From positions 27-64,026 of the forward strand of contig CAYPOX010000002.1 in NCBI GenBank assembly GCA_964412525.1: DNA of 64,000 nt, in the 5' to 3' direction. A program made the position numbers and the translations under genes. The stretch comes from an uncultured Caulobacterales bacterium (lineage in GTDB: Bacteria > Pseudomonadota > Alphaproteobacteria > Caulobacterales > CAYPOX01). Positions 9,036 to 18,432 of the stretch are shown here, piece after piece. The stretch's first letter is position 1, and each line of letters starts with the position of its first letter. The notes beneath the pieces were generated by a model, which saw only the letters and a list, made by a program, of their open reading frames with translations, ran no database searches and was not told the DNA's origin.

Positions 9036-10142
9036 TCACCTCTTTATAAAATAATTCATATTGCCGATCATTGGTAAAGGGAGATTTGGTTTCACAAAGT
9101 AAAAGCCACACTTCTCAAATAACGCCCGCTCTTGACCGGAATATCTTCGATTCCGGACAAGATGCGACACCATTGGAAGTCCGAAAGAGCTAGAAAGAAA
9201 TAATACGCCGCCCGGACGAATACATTTATTCAAAGTTTCGAGAACGCCCTCAACGTCCAGCACATGCTCCAACACTTCGATGCAGACGCCGAAATCACAT
9301 GGGCCACCGATTTGCTCTAAAACAGCTTCCGGGTCATGATTACTACAGTAGCGGACATTAGAAATGCCAGCGATTTCGTCGCGCCAGCGAGCGAATGCAA
9401 GCGCCTGTGTCGATGGTTCTATCAACGTTACAGACGGAACGCCCGCTTGCGCCAAAGCCGAGGTGATCATGCCGACGTTACCACCAAGATCGAACGCTTT
9501 TTGCGCCTTAATTTCGCGCGCGATTGCGACGCTTGTGCCGCGAATCGCTGCGCCCAAAGCGTGCTCGGCGATTAAATGTAGATGGACGCCCATCGGAAAA
9601 GGAATTCCATCATAGAATTTGGTGAGCTGTTCTTCAGTCACATTTTCTTCGTCGGGAACGCAAGCACCCCAAAGGTCTTTGACTGTTTGTTCAGCGTTGT
9701 TCAATTTGTCTTCGACGTCACCAATGTCTTCACCAAGAAAATCCGCATAAAGCGCCAATGCGACGGTACGCCGATCGCGAAGCACGAAGTTGGGAAACCG
9801 GGTGCGTACGTGCTCAACAATAGGTGCGCCAAACAAAGCGTCATAGAGAAAGTAAGAGTATCTCTCAACTTGGATGGCGATTGATAGGTCGTTCAACCAC
9901 GTTTTCGCGCTATTTGTGTTCAATTTTTGAGTTTCGGACGCATAATACGCCGCCGCACGTGCAAATTCGGGCGCGGAAAAACCAAATATTTCGTGCCCAG
10001 CGCTATTTGTGAACTTTCTGGGCGGCCTCAATTGAGAGATTTTGTTTAAAACGGCGTCAAACTCATCCATAGGGCGAATGGTGCTCCTGTACAGTTGATT
10101 CGCGTCTTGTGGGCTTCGAAAGTCAGGCGACGCCGATGACAA
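9036..10142 (-). CDS. SAM-dependent methyltransferase with about 200-aa N-terminal domain of unknown function
   Basis: C-terminal half has AFDLGGNVGMITSALAQAG (motif I) and FGVCIEVLEHVLDVEGVLETLNKCIRPGGVLFLS. The track start is TTG with poor RBS spacing; the real start may be M25 (MDEFDAV). Confidence 0.7.
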   Translation of the reverse strand: MSSASPDFRSPQDANQLYRSTIRPMDEFDAVLNKISQLRPPRKFTNSAGHEIFGFSAPEFARAAAYYASETQKLNTNSAKTWLNDLSIAIQVERYSYFLYDALFGAPIVEHVRTRFPNFVLRDRRTVALALYADFLGEDIGDVEDKLNNAEQTVKDLWGACVPDEENVTEEQLTKFYDGIPFPMGVHLHLIAEHALGAAIRGTSVAIAREIKAQKAFDLGGNVGMITSALAQAGVPSVTLIEPSTQALAFARWRDEIAGISNVRYCSNHDPEAVLEQIGGPCDFGVCIEVLEHVLDVEGVLETLNKCIRPGGVLFLSSSFGLPMVSHLVRNRRYSGQERALFEKCGFYFVKPNLPLPMIGNMNYFIKR

Positions 10143-10185
10143 CCTCGTGGTTAGGTCGTTAACACAAGAAAAACTAAACGATCTT

Positions 10186-12312
10186 TTATAAGATGACCGT
10201 GTTTAGGTTTAACGTTTCCCGCCATACGGCTTGCGCCGCCTCCGGGCCGTAGCGGGCCGCCGCATGGGCGCGTCCGGCCGCCGCGATCCGGCCCCACAAG
10301 GCGGCGTCGCTCAAAAGGTCAGCGAGCGCTTCGGCGAAGGCCTGCGCGTCGCCGGCGATCCGGGCGGTCAGGCCGTCCGCAAGGGCGAGCCCTTCCGCCC
10401 CCATAGGCGTCGTCGCCACCGGCAGACCATGGACGAGGGCGTCGATCAGCTTGCCCTTGATGCCGGCGCCGTAACGCAGGGGCGCCGCCATGGCGCGGCA
10501 TTCCACAAACAGACTGCTGAGATCTTTAACCCAGCCGCGCGCCTCGATTCCCGGCAGGGCGCCAAGGTCGCGCAGTTCCGGCCCCATGGCCGCCCCCGCC
10601 AGGATCAGCCGGGCCTCGGGGATCCGGACGCGCGCCAAGGGCCAGATCTCCCGCGCAAGAAAGCGCGCCGCGTCCACATTGGGCGGATGGCGATAATTGC
10701 CGAGAAAGACCGCCTGGGGCGGCCGGGCGTCGAAGGGCGGGCCCGGATCGCGCAGGGTTTCGATCCAGGGCAGCACCGTGACCGGCGCCGCCTCCGGCCA
10801 GGACCGGATCAATTGGGCCTCGACGTCGGAATGCACCATCACATGATCGGCGGCCGCGCATAGCCGGCGTTCGCGCGCCTCATAGGCGCGGGCCGCGCGG
10901 GCCGCGGCTTTCGAGCCCGTGGCCTCGGCCTCCCGGGCGAGACGCAAATGGTGCAGGTCGGCCGGGTGAAAGACGATCGTCGCCTTGGGCGCGCGGCGCC
11001 GGATCCGGGCGAGCCGCCCCTCCGCGACGTCGGCGCGAAACAGCACCGCCGCGGCGAGGCCCGGCGCCTCGCGTTTCAGAAGCGCGCCGAAGGCCGGCGC
11101 ATAGGGCGCCGCATGGGCCTCCACGCCGGCGGCGCTCCACAAATCCTGGCGCGCCACAGCCCCCCTCGGCGCGCTTTCCGCCCAAAAGACCGGGCGCTGG
11201 CCGCAAGCCGTGATCGCCTGCATCAAAGCGAGCGTGAAGCGGGAGCCGGCGTCGCGGTCCGGATCGGGCGGATGTTGATCGACCACCAAGACGCGCGCCC
11301 GCCCGCGCGAGGGATCGGCCGGATCCCGGTCAGCCCCGGCGGCGAGATCGGCCCGTGGCGGCGGCGGCCCGAAGGGCGTGAGCACATCCCTATGCCGGCG
11401 CGCCAACAAGGCTTGGTGCTTCGGTTGATAGGCCTTCACCCCCTGGGCGACATCCCGGCCATTCGTTGCGCCTTCGATATGAACCAGTTCGCACAAAGGT
11501 TCATAGAGCGTCGTCCAGCCATCCCCCCGCGCCCTGAGGCACAGATCCGCGTCCTCCCCATAGGCGGGGGCGAAAGCGGGATCGAAGCCGTGGAGGGCGG
11601 CGAAAACCTCCCGGCGCACGGCCACGGCGGCGGCGGAGGCGTAATCGACCGGGCGGCGAAATTGATAGGCGGGCCGGTTCGGATCGTCGCCGCCGCCCCA
11701 ACGCCAGGCCGTTCCGTCTTCAAACAAGAGCGCGCCGGCCTCCTGCAACGTTCCGTCCGGGTTCAGGAGTTTCGCGCCGACCATGCCCGCTTGCGGCTCC
11801 GCCTTGAGCGCGGCGAGAAGCGCGGCGAGCGCGTTCGGCCGAAGGAAGGCGTCCGAATTCAGAAAAAACAGCACCGGAGCGCGGGCCGCCGCCGCGCCCG
11901 TATTGCAGGCCGCGCCGAAGCCTTGATTGGCCTCATGGCGGATCAGGCGCACCGGGCGGACGGCGCAGCCCTCGGCCAGGATCTGGGACTGCGGCATGGG
12001 GCTGGCGTCATCGACGACGAGCGTCTCATAGGCGACCCCCCCGCCATGGGCGGCGAGCCCGTCCAGCGCCGCCAAGGCCAGCTTGGCCTGGCCGTAGACC
12101 GGCATGATGACGGACATCTCCAAATCCGCCTCCGGCGTGCGCGGCCAGGGATCTTGCGGCGGCGGCAAGCCTTTCACGCGCCGGGACGGACCGCCCGGAA
12201 TTCGCCCGGCGACGCGCCACGCCATCGCGCGCGCCCGCGCTTTCCACAGGCTTGGCAAAGGCGCGGCCCGATAGAGCGCACGGGCGAAGCGAAAGGCGGC
12301 GGCGTCATCCAT
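10186..12312 (-). CDS. two-domain glycosyltransferase (N-terminal GT2, C-terminal GT-B/GT4-like)
   Basis: MSVIMPVYGQAKLALAALDGL...ETLVVDDASP and NQGFGAACN (GT2). C-terminus RYGAGIKGKLIDALVHGLPVATTPMGAEGL (GT4-like). Very GC-rich, unlike both neighbours. The last ~10 codons (ETLNLNTVIL) are AT-rich. Confidence 0.8.
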   Translation of the reverse strand: MDDAAAFRFARALYRAAPLPSLWKARARAMAWRVAGRIPGGPSRRVKGLPPPQDPWPRTPEADLEMSVIMPVYGQAKLALAALDGLAAHGGGVAYETLVVDDASPMPQSQILAEGCAVRPVRLIRHEANQGFGAACNTGAAAARAPVLFFLNSDAFLRPNALAALLAALKAEPQAGMVGAKLLNPDGTLQEAGALLFEDGTAWRWGGGDDPNRPAYQFRRPVDYASAAAVAVRREVFAALHGFDPAFAPAYGEDADLCLRARGDGWTTLYEPLCELVHIEGATNGRDVAQGVKAYQPKHQALLARRHRDVLTPFGPPPPRADLAAGADRDPADPSRGRARVLVVDQHPPDPDRDAGSRFTLALMQAITACGQRPVFWAESAPRGAVARQDLWSAAGVEAHAAPYAPAFGALLKREAPGLAAAVLFRADVAEGRLARIRRRAPKATIVFHPADLHHLRLAREAEATGSKAAARAARAYEARERRLCAAADHVMVHSDVEAQLIRSWPEAAPVTVLPWIETLRDPGPPFDARPPQAVFLGNYRHPPNVDAARFLAREIWPLARVRIPEARLILAGAAMGPELRDLGALPGIEARGWVKDLSSLFVECRAMAAPLRYGAGIKGKLIDALVHGLPVATTPMGAEGLALADGLTARIAGDAQAFAEALADLLSDAALWGRIAAAGRAHAAARYGPEAAQAVWRETLNLNTVIL

Positions 12313-12411
12313 GGCCCCGCCATTAACACAAGCGGGAAACGGTTCCGTCGCTGGATCTCACCTCAAGGGCGTTGCCCCGAACTGGCGACAACGTTGCTTA
12401 GGGCTTAAACC

Positions 12412-13959
12412 TTAACACAACCGAGCCCGGAATGCTGTCAGCATATCGCCGGCGACGGTCTGCAAACTTCGGCCTTCAGCGTAATAGATGCGCGCAAGTT
12501 CAGCGTGACGTCCGTAGAGATCGGGATCGGAGACATATGCTTGGACACGCTCCAGACAGGCCGCGTAGTCTCGAAGGCGGAAGTCGTGGGGACTGTTGCT
12601 GGCGACGTCGCCATAATCGACGGTGACGACCGGTGCGCCGCATCCCAACGCCTGACAGGCTGACGTGCCGCCGCCGCTGCGAGTGGGATTGAGAAAGATA
12701 TCGCAGATCGGGAACAAACCCATCAGATCGGCATAGCCGGCGTAGTGATAACGAGACCGTGGAATGCGCGCGACGTCGCAGTGTCTTTCGACGTTCTGAT
12801 ACTGGCCTGCGAAAACAAAATAGGCGTTGGGGACGGCCTCAAGAACATTGCGCAGAAGCGCCAAAAACTCAACAGAAATTTCCGCGTCTAATCGTGTGCC
12901 CACAACAGTAATCACAAAGTCCGTTGCTGAAGCGCCAAGGTCCGCAAGCGAATAAGCTTTTTGCGCCTGCGGCATTTCATAAGCCGGCGCCACGTGAAGA
13001 ACTCCATTCAAATCGTAGTTAAGCGCATCGCAGAGCGCACGATCTCGATCGGTTATGGATCGCGTCAAAACTGCGCCGGCGCATTGATAGGGGGCGAGTT
13101 CGCTTGAGGTGTTGAAAGCGAAGACCGTTGCGAACGCCGCGCATAGATCAGAAACATAGTTCGGCACGCCGTATGTCAGCACAAATTCGGGTTGAATACG
13201 CGCGATTTCGGTCAGAATCATCGCAAAGTCGGGTCCATTTGGCATCGGATTCTTCGCTTGCAAATAAGGAATCTGAAGGCCAGCGTAAGCAATGTTTCTG
13301 CACTCGTTCAGTTGACTGTTATGACTACTAATAAATGGTCGGAACAACGGTGCGGAAACAGTGCGCGGCAAGGTTGCCGTATTAATAATGAAGGGACGCA
13401 CATCGTGTGCCGCCATCATTGCCGTAGCGAGATCAAGAACACCTTTTGTCGGCGCATGCTGCAAACCTAAAAATTGACCGGTCACAAACACGACACTACC
13501 GTGCGTGCGGGGGAGAGGCATAGTCGGTGTCATATCCGACGTTGTTTCCATCAATTTTGCCAGGAAGGTCCTATAATATTCATGACATGAGATAGAAGCC
13601 TCCAAAGAAATAGCCTCGGAATTGACAAACATTTTTGACAAAATCTGTATCAAAACTTGCCATTTACCCGAAAAACTTAGGTGTGACTGATCAGCCACGC
13701 GCAGAAGCGTGGCGATCGTCGCCGGAGATGGCGACAATTGAAATGAAATAGAAGATAAAAATACTCGCTGGACTGACGTTAAGGGCTGTAAATCCTCAAT
13801 AAGATCTTGTGCAATTTGATATTTTTCTTGTTTATTAAGATCTTCCGTCGCCTTTATGTATTTTTCAATTTCTGCATGGCAGTTATTGAAATGAGCCGTA
13901 CTCGTTAAACTGAGAACGGTTTGTCGAATGGCGGATAGATGCTCGTTGTTCGATTCCAT
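12412..13959 (-). CDS. GT41-like (SPY/HMW1C-like) glycosyltransferase candidate with helical N-terminal domain
   Basis: 515 aa, AT-richer. C-terminal CDIFLNPTRSGGGTSACQALGCGAPVVTVDYGD resembles the GT41 signature D-I/L-x-L-D-x-x-P-x-x-G-x-T-T-x-x-x-A-L-x-x-G-x-P-V-V-T. The rest is unrecognised. Confidence 0.45.
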   Translation of the reverse strand: MESNNEHLSAIRQTVLSLTSTAHFNNCHAEIEKYIKATEDLNKQEKYQIAQDLIEDLQPLTSVQRVFLSSISFQLSPSPATIATLLRVADQSHLSFSGKWQVLIQILSKMFVNSEAISLEASISCHEYYRTFLAKLMETTSDMTPTMPLPRTHGSVVFVTGQFLGLQHAPTKGVLDLATAMMAAHDVRPFIINTATLPRTVSAPLFRPFISSHNSQLNECRNIAYAGLQIPYLQAKNPMPNGPDFAMILTEIARIQPEFVLTYGVPNYVSDLCAAFATVFAFNTSSELAPYQCAGAVLTRSITDRDRALCDALNYDLNGVLHVAPAYEMPQAQKAYSLADLGASATDFVITVVGTRLDAEISVEFLALLRNVLEAVPNAYFVFAGQYQNVERHCDVARIPRSRYHYAGYADLMGLFPICDIFLNPTRSGGGTSACQALGCGAPVVTVDYGDVASNSPHDFRLRDYAACLERVQAYVSDPDLYGRHAELARIYYAEGRSLQTVAGDMLTAFRARLC

Positions 13960-14471
13960 AAATGCTCTTGTGCAATTTGAACGGAGATCGGTGGAAGTTG
14001 ATATTGGCGCATCACTCTTGTGCGCTCGCCTAACGTGCGGCCTACGCGACGATACTTTGATGATCCGGATTCCGATTATGTGGCCTGTTGCGAGGGTGTC
14101 AAAGCATCGTTACGGATTCTCGGACTTGTCTTTGCTGCGAGAGCATCTTTCACGATAGCGGGAATGAGGTAATTTCTGCGTTCGAGGGATCGACGTAAAG
14201 CTAACATGTCAGCTACGAGCAAAAACCGAATGTGTATTTACCCGTATTGCGTCATCGGCCGTTCTGTTTCCCTTGATCACGGATTGTAAGGCCTATCACC
14301 GCCTCGGTTATCGAAACTTTACCACAAGCGGCCGCCGGAGGCCCGAGAACGGGTCCGAAGCGGCCAAGCGCGCGCACCGCGCCCCAGCGCCGCTTCGTCC
14401 TTTCTCTCTAGGGACAGGACGGCAGGCGCTGTGGTAATGTTACATATGATATTGGGCGGTTTTCCAACAAG

Positions 14472-14978
14472 GTGCATATGCCTATGATCTATCAGGTTTT
14501 TTTCTGCCCTCAGCGCGTTTCTGAAGATGATTTGATCGCCATTTCCGTGGATCACCGGGCGCGGATCGTTTTGATCGACGTCTTCGGCTGCATCTGGCCG
14601 TCCGGAGATCTCGTGACGAAGGGGTTGAGCGCGCTCGGCGACGCGATCGCCCGCCATGGGGACGATTACGCTTTCATCTTCGACTATACGGACTACCGTC
14701 TGGAGACGCTCACCGGCGAAGCGGTCGCCCAATTCCAGGCGGCCGCGGCGGCCTTGCAGGCCTTTCGGGTGCGAACCCTGATCCGCGTCATCCCCGCGCG
14801 TCTGCGCGACGCCTTCGCGCCGTTTCTGGCGGTGGCGCAGGCCGAGGCGCCGAACGGAATCAACGTTTTTGATCGGGAGGAAGCGCTCGGCGCCTTGCGG
14901 GCGCTTGCGGCGACGGAGGCGGAGGAGGAGAAGGCGGCGTTCCACGAGGCGTATGGCGACGGCGCGCTGCGGCGCTGA
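14472..14978 (+). CDS. hypothetical protein (possibly STAS/SpoIIAA-like)
   Basis: 168 aa. Strong third-position GC bias in this frame when read by eye. No motif recognised with confidence. The start could be ATG 14478 or 14484. Confidence 0.5.
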   Translation: MHMPMIYQVFFCPQRVSEDDLIAISVDHRARIVLIDVFGCIWPSGDLVTKGLSALGDAIARHGDDYAFIFDYTDYRLETLTGEAVAQFQAAAAALQAFRVRTLIRVIPARLRDAFAPFLAVAQAEAPNGINVFDREEALGALRALAATEAEEEKAAFHEAYGDGALRR

Positions 14979-15034
14979 TCCATCGGCCCGCCTTTGACGT
15001 AAATTGTCCATATCTCTGGCGACAAGGCGGCGGT

Positions 15035-15568
15035 TTGCGGATGACGCGGTTGTTTCTTGCGCTTGTCGTCATCGTGGCTGCGCTCGGCGCGCAGCGCGCG
15101 TCGGCCCATGGGGATGACGACAGCCTGCATATCGGCCTGCGCGTGCTGCGTTTCGCGCTCGGCGTGTCCGCCGGGTCCACCGTCGCCGTGCTCTATGACC
15201 CCGCCTCCGCGGCGAGCGCGGCGGAGGCGCGCATGATCGTGGCGGCCCATCCGGGCGGCCTGCGCGACCGAGACGAGGTCTTGCGGGTCGAGTCGGTGCG
15301 GATCGACGCGCTCGACCGCCTCGATCAGGCGCGGGTCGCCTATGTCACCCGAGAGCTGAACCGCGCCCAACATGCGGCGATCGCCGGGGCGGTCGAGAAC
15401 CGGGGGGTCGTCACCATCACCGCCGACGTCGCCTGCGTCCGGGCGGGGCTGTGCGTGCTGGGGGTCGAGACGGAGCCGCGGGTGGAGTTCTTCGTGTCCG
15501 AGGCGGCGTCGCGCCGCGCGGGCTTGTCCTGGACCAATATGTTTTTGATCACCGCCCGGGAGTTGTGA
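15035..15568 (+). CDS. YfiR-like / DUF4154 periplasmic protein
   Basis: Signal peptide MRMTRLFLALVVIVAALGAQRASAHG. C-terminal VVTITADVACVRAGLCVLGVETEPRVEFFVSEAASRRAGLSWTNMFLITAREL resembles the DUF4154 C-terminus (..LTvsd...Gg.i.f..e..rv.f.iN..aa...gl.is..lL.lA). Confidence 0.6.
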   Translation: MRMTRLFLALVVIVAALGAQRASAHGDDDSLHIGLRVLRFALGVSAGSTVAVLYDPASAASAAEARMIVAAHPGGLRDRDEVLRVESVRIDALDRLDQARVAYVTRELNRAQHAAIAGAVENRGVVTITADVACVRAGLCVLGVETEPRVEFFVSEAASRRAGLSWTNMFLITAREL

Positions 15569-15570
15569 GG

Positions 15571-17667
15571 ATGCGGAACGTCTGGCGGGCCGCGGCCGGC
15601 GCGGCGGCATTGGCGGGGGCGGCGCACGCCCAGAGCGTGGACTATGAAGGTCTCGCCTTCGCCTTTGGCGAGCCGGTGACGCTCGCCGCGACCGGGACGC
15701 CGAAACGGGCCTCGCAGACCCCGTCCAACGTCACCATCATCACCGCCGACGAAATCGCCCGCTCCGGCGCCCGCGACTTGCCGGATCTGTTGAACCGTTT
15801 TGTGGGGATTCAGAGCGTGACCGGCGCGGCGGACGCTCCGGAAGTGGCTGTGCGCGGCTACGTTCAGGGCCTTTCCCGCCAGCTTCTGGTGCTCGTGGAC
15901 GGGCGCGAGCACTACAACGCCTTCTTGCCGTCGGTCTATTGGAGCGCGCTTCCCGTCACGCTCGACGACATCCAGCAGATCGAGATCGTGCGCGGGCCGG
16001 CGGTCGCCCAATTCGGCCTCAACGCCGCTTCGGGCGCGGTCAACATCGTCACCAAAGCGCCCGGCGGCGCCCCGAGCGGCGCGGTCGCGGCGCGGGCCGG
16101 GGGCGCGGGCGTGCTTGAGACGTTCGGCGTCGCGCGCGGCGCCCTGGGCCGCCACGGCTTCAGCTTATCTGGCCGGGCGAGCCGGAGCGACGCCTTTGAC
16201 GACCGCGCCTTGCCGGAGGCCTTTCTGGATGAGGTCGAGGATCCGGATTCCGGTTTCGCCGCACTGCGCAGCGCCCATGACTTGACGCCGCGGCTGCGTC
16301 TGGAGACCGAGACGACGGTCGCGCGGCTCACCGAGACGCACACCTTCATCAACGGCAATTTCGGCGTCGACTATACCCGGTTCACGGCCAAGGCGGCGGC
16401 GACCTGGGAGGTCGGCCCCTTCGTGCTGTCCGCGGACGCGGTTTATGAGCGCGCCGAACAGGAGGCCCAGGCCACCGACGCGCCGGGGGCCGACGTCGCC
16501 ACGGTGTTCCGTTTCGACAATGACTATGTGCGCGGCCGTCTCGGCGGCATATGGAATTCCGATCGCTTCGGGGTCTGGCGCGGATCGCTCGAATATCGTC
16601 GTTCCGCCCAGCCCGCCTCCTTCAGCTTCGCTGCGGACACGGCGGCGGACACCTATTCGGCCGCCTTGTCCTGGGATCGGCGCTTGACGGAATGGGCGGC
16701 GCTCAATCTCGCCGGCCGGGCGGACGTGCGGCGCTTTTCCTATGAAGGCGACCTTCCGTTTCCGGTGCGCGGCAACGCCTCAGGCGAGCGGACCTTCGCC
16801 GTGTTCGCCGCCAATGCCGGCCTGATTCTGACCCCGACCGCCCAGGATACGGTCAAGCTTTTGTTCGGGCGCGGCCATGTGGCGCCTTCGCTCTACGATT
16901 CGGCGGCGGTGCAGGTTTTCTCGCCGGGCGTGCCAGGGTTCTTCCCGCCCACCGCGGCGTCCAGCAATCCCGAATTGGAGCCGACCCGGGTGCATTCGGT
17001 GGAAGCGAATTATGTCCGCGCGTTTCCGCCTTGGGATCTGACCGTGACCGCCGCCGCCTACGCCAAATTCTATGACCAAGTGATCGACGATGGCGGCCTG
17101 GACACGCCCGTGCGCACGACGCCCGAGGGCGTGGTCGTGACCACGGTGGAGAATATCGGGCGCTCGCGCGCTTACGGTCTTGAGGCGGAGGCGGTCGGCC
17201 GCCCGACCGCGTGGCTCTCTTGGCGGGTCAATTACGCCTATCTGATGATCGAGGATGATTTTCGCTCCACCGCCTTCGGCCAGGACATTCCGCGGACCAC
17301 GACCGATCCCGAAACCGGTGCGGAGATCCCCGCGGTCGACTCGCTCTTCTTTCAGGACGGCGCGCCGAAGCATGAAGTGAACGCCATATTGGAGGGGCGC
17401 TGGCGGCGGTTTTCGGGCAATCTCGTCGCCGCCTATCGCACCGAATATCGCCGACCCCGCAGCAACCGCTTCGCGGTGGCGCCGGAGGATTACCGCTTCG
17501 TCGCGATTGACGATCAGGCGGTGTTGGGCGGTCGTTTGGCCTATGAGCTGGTCGACGGGCTCGTCGCCTCGATCCAGGTCAATGAGGCGCTTGAGGATCG
17601 TCTTCCAGAGACCGGCGTTCAGCAGGCCGAGCGCCGATGGTTCGCCGAGCTGCGCTATGTCTGGTGA
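15571..17667 (+). CDS. TonB-dependent outer-membrane receptor
   Basis: Track ORF 15451..17667. ATG 15571 gives the signal peptide MRNVWRAAAGAAALAGAAHA. Plug motif TPSNVTIITADEIARSGARDLPDLLNRFVGIQ; C-terminal aromatic ...ELRYVW. Confidence 0.85.
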   Translation: MRNVWRAAAGAAALAGAAHAQSVDYEGLAFAFGEPVTLAATGTPKRASQTPSNVTIITADEIARSGARDLPDLLNRFVGIQSVTGAADAPEVAVRGYVQGLSRQLLVLVDGREHYNAFLPSVYWSALPVTLDDIQQIEIVRGPAVAQFGLNAASGAVNIVTKAPGGAPSGAVAARAGGAGVLETFGVARGALGRHGFSLSGRASRSDAFDDRALPEAFLDEVEDPDSGFAALRSAHDLTPRLRLETETTVARLTETHTFINGNFGVDYTRFTAKAAATWEVGPFVLSADAVYERAEQEAQATDAPGADVATVFRFDNDYVRGRLGGIWNSDRFGVWRGSLEYRRSAQPASFSFAADTAADTYSAALSWDRRLTEWAALNLAGRADVRRFSYEGDLPFPVRGNASGERTFAVFAANAGLILTPTAQDTVKLLFGRGHVAPSLYDSAAVQVFSPGVPGFFPPTAASSNPELEPTRVHSVEANYVRAFPPWDLTVTAAAYAKFYDQVIDDGGLDTPVRTTPEGVVVTTVENIGRSRAYGLEAEAVGRPTAWLSWRVNYAYLMIEDDFRSTAFGQDIPRTTTDPETGAEIPAVDSLFFQDGAPKHEVNAILEGRWRRFSGNLVAAYRTEYRRPRSNRFAVAPEDYRFVAIDDQAVLGGRLAYELVDGLVASIQVNEALEDRLPETGVQQAERRWFAELRYVW

Positions 17668-17688
17668 GCACGCCGATGCGGCGATATT

Positions 17689-17712
17689 TTGCGATAATCA
17701 GCATTATCGCAA
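17689..17712. terminator. 10-bp-stem hairpin TTGCGATAAT-cagc-ATTATCGCAA between convergent genes (possible bidirectional terminator or binding site)
   Basis: Perfect inverted repeat read directly, located between the TBDR stop (17667) and the doc stop (17760). No clear U-tract. Confidence 0.4.
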
Positions 17713-17759
17713 CTAACGCAGCCGCGACCCGTAGTGACGCGCATTGGACGTAAGCGTTA

Positions 17760-18173
17760 TCAACGCGAAGACCCTGTACCCATCCGCTCCCGGAACCAAG
17801 CCGCCAGCGCCGCCTCGGTCACGGCGCCGCTCGCGACGCGTTCCATGGTCCCGATCGCATCCAGCGGCTCGAAGCGGAGCCGGTAACCGTTATCGGCGAG
17901 GAACAGTCGCGCCGCGACCCACGCTGTGCGTTTGTTGCCGTCCACAAAACTGTGATTCTTCGCGATGCCAAACGCGTAGGCCGCCGCGAGATCGGCCGCG
18001 TCCGGGTCGCCGTACTTGGCGAGATGGATAGGCCGGGCAAGCGCGCTCTCGATACGGCCGGCGTCGCGGACGCCCTCGGCTCCGCCATGCTCGGCAAGCT
18101 GCCGATCATGCACGGCGGCGATGACAGCCGGATCAATCCAGCGCCAATTTTTGGATGTTCGGTCGGCGTTCAC
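17760..18173 (-). CDS. doc: Doc (death-on-curing) Fic-fold toxin
   Basis: 137 aa with the Fic/Doc motif HSFVDGNKRTA. 4-nt overlap with the upstream antitoxin gene. Confidence 0.9.
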   Translation of the reverse strand: MNADRTSKNWRWIDPAVIAAVHDRQLAEHGGAEGVRDAGRIESALARPIHLAKYGDPDAADLAAAYAFGIAKNHSFVDGNKRTAWVAARLFLADNGYRLRFEPLDAIGTMERVASGAVTEAALAAWFRERMGTGSSR

Positions 18174-18400
18174 TTCGCTAGAGCGCGCAGCACCTCGCGA
18201 TCATCATGCATGATATCATCGGCAAGCGCCATTTGACGCGCGAATTCCGGGTTGTAGGGCGTCAAGCGATAGCCGCCGTCGGCCGCCTCAGTCAGGTAGA
18301 GCGTGTCGCCTTTCTTGACCTTCAGATGGGCCATGATCTCCTTGGTCAGGATCACGCCGGACGAAGCCCCGACCGTCGTGATTTTCAGCGTTTTCATCAC
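18170..18400 (-). CDS. AbrB/MazE/SpoVT-type antitoxin
   Basis: 76 aa. ITTVGASSGVILTKEIMAHLKVKKGDTLYLTEAADGGYRLTP is a swapped-hairpin AbrB-like domain. Overlaps doc. Confidence 0.85.
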   Translation of the reverse strand: MMKTLKITTVGASSGVILTKEIMAHLKVKKGDTLYLTEAADGGYRLTPYNPEFARQMALADDIMHDDREVLRALAK

Positions 18401-18409
18401 GCGACCTCA

Positions 18410-18432
18410 ACTTATATAATAATACTTATATA
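18410..18432. promoter_or_regulatory. likely promoter/operator of the antitoxin-doc operon: direct repeat ACTTATATA x2, 14-bp spacing
   Basis: aACTTATATAataatACTTATATAg begins 10 nt upstream of the antitoxin start. AT-rich with TATAAT-like hexamers in an otherwise GC-rich region. Confidence 0.5.

Noticed and set aside
10948-12408. 486-aa plus-strand ORF opposite the GT2/GT4 gene, with many Arg/Gly/Pro-rich ORFs at 10231-12247
   Set aside because: Low-complexity Arg/Pro/Gly composition typical of wrong-frame translation of GC-rich DNA. The GT2 and GT4 motifs are on the minus strand.
14161-14471. Riboswitch (e.g. cobalamin) upstream of the TonB-dependent receptor operon
   Set aside because: No B12-box-like or other riboswitch core motif that I can recognise. 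The region is simply an intergenic spacer.
14319-16155. Minus-strand ORFs of 230, 305 and 271 aa overlapping the 168-aa, YfiR-like and TBDR genes
   Set aside because: Arg/Pro/Gly-rich low complexity. The plus-strand frames carry signal peptides and the TonB plug motif.
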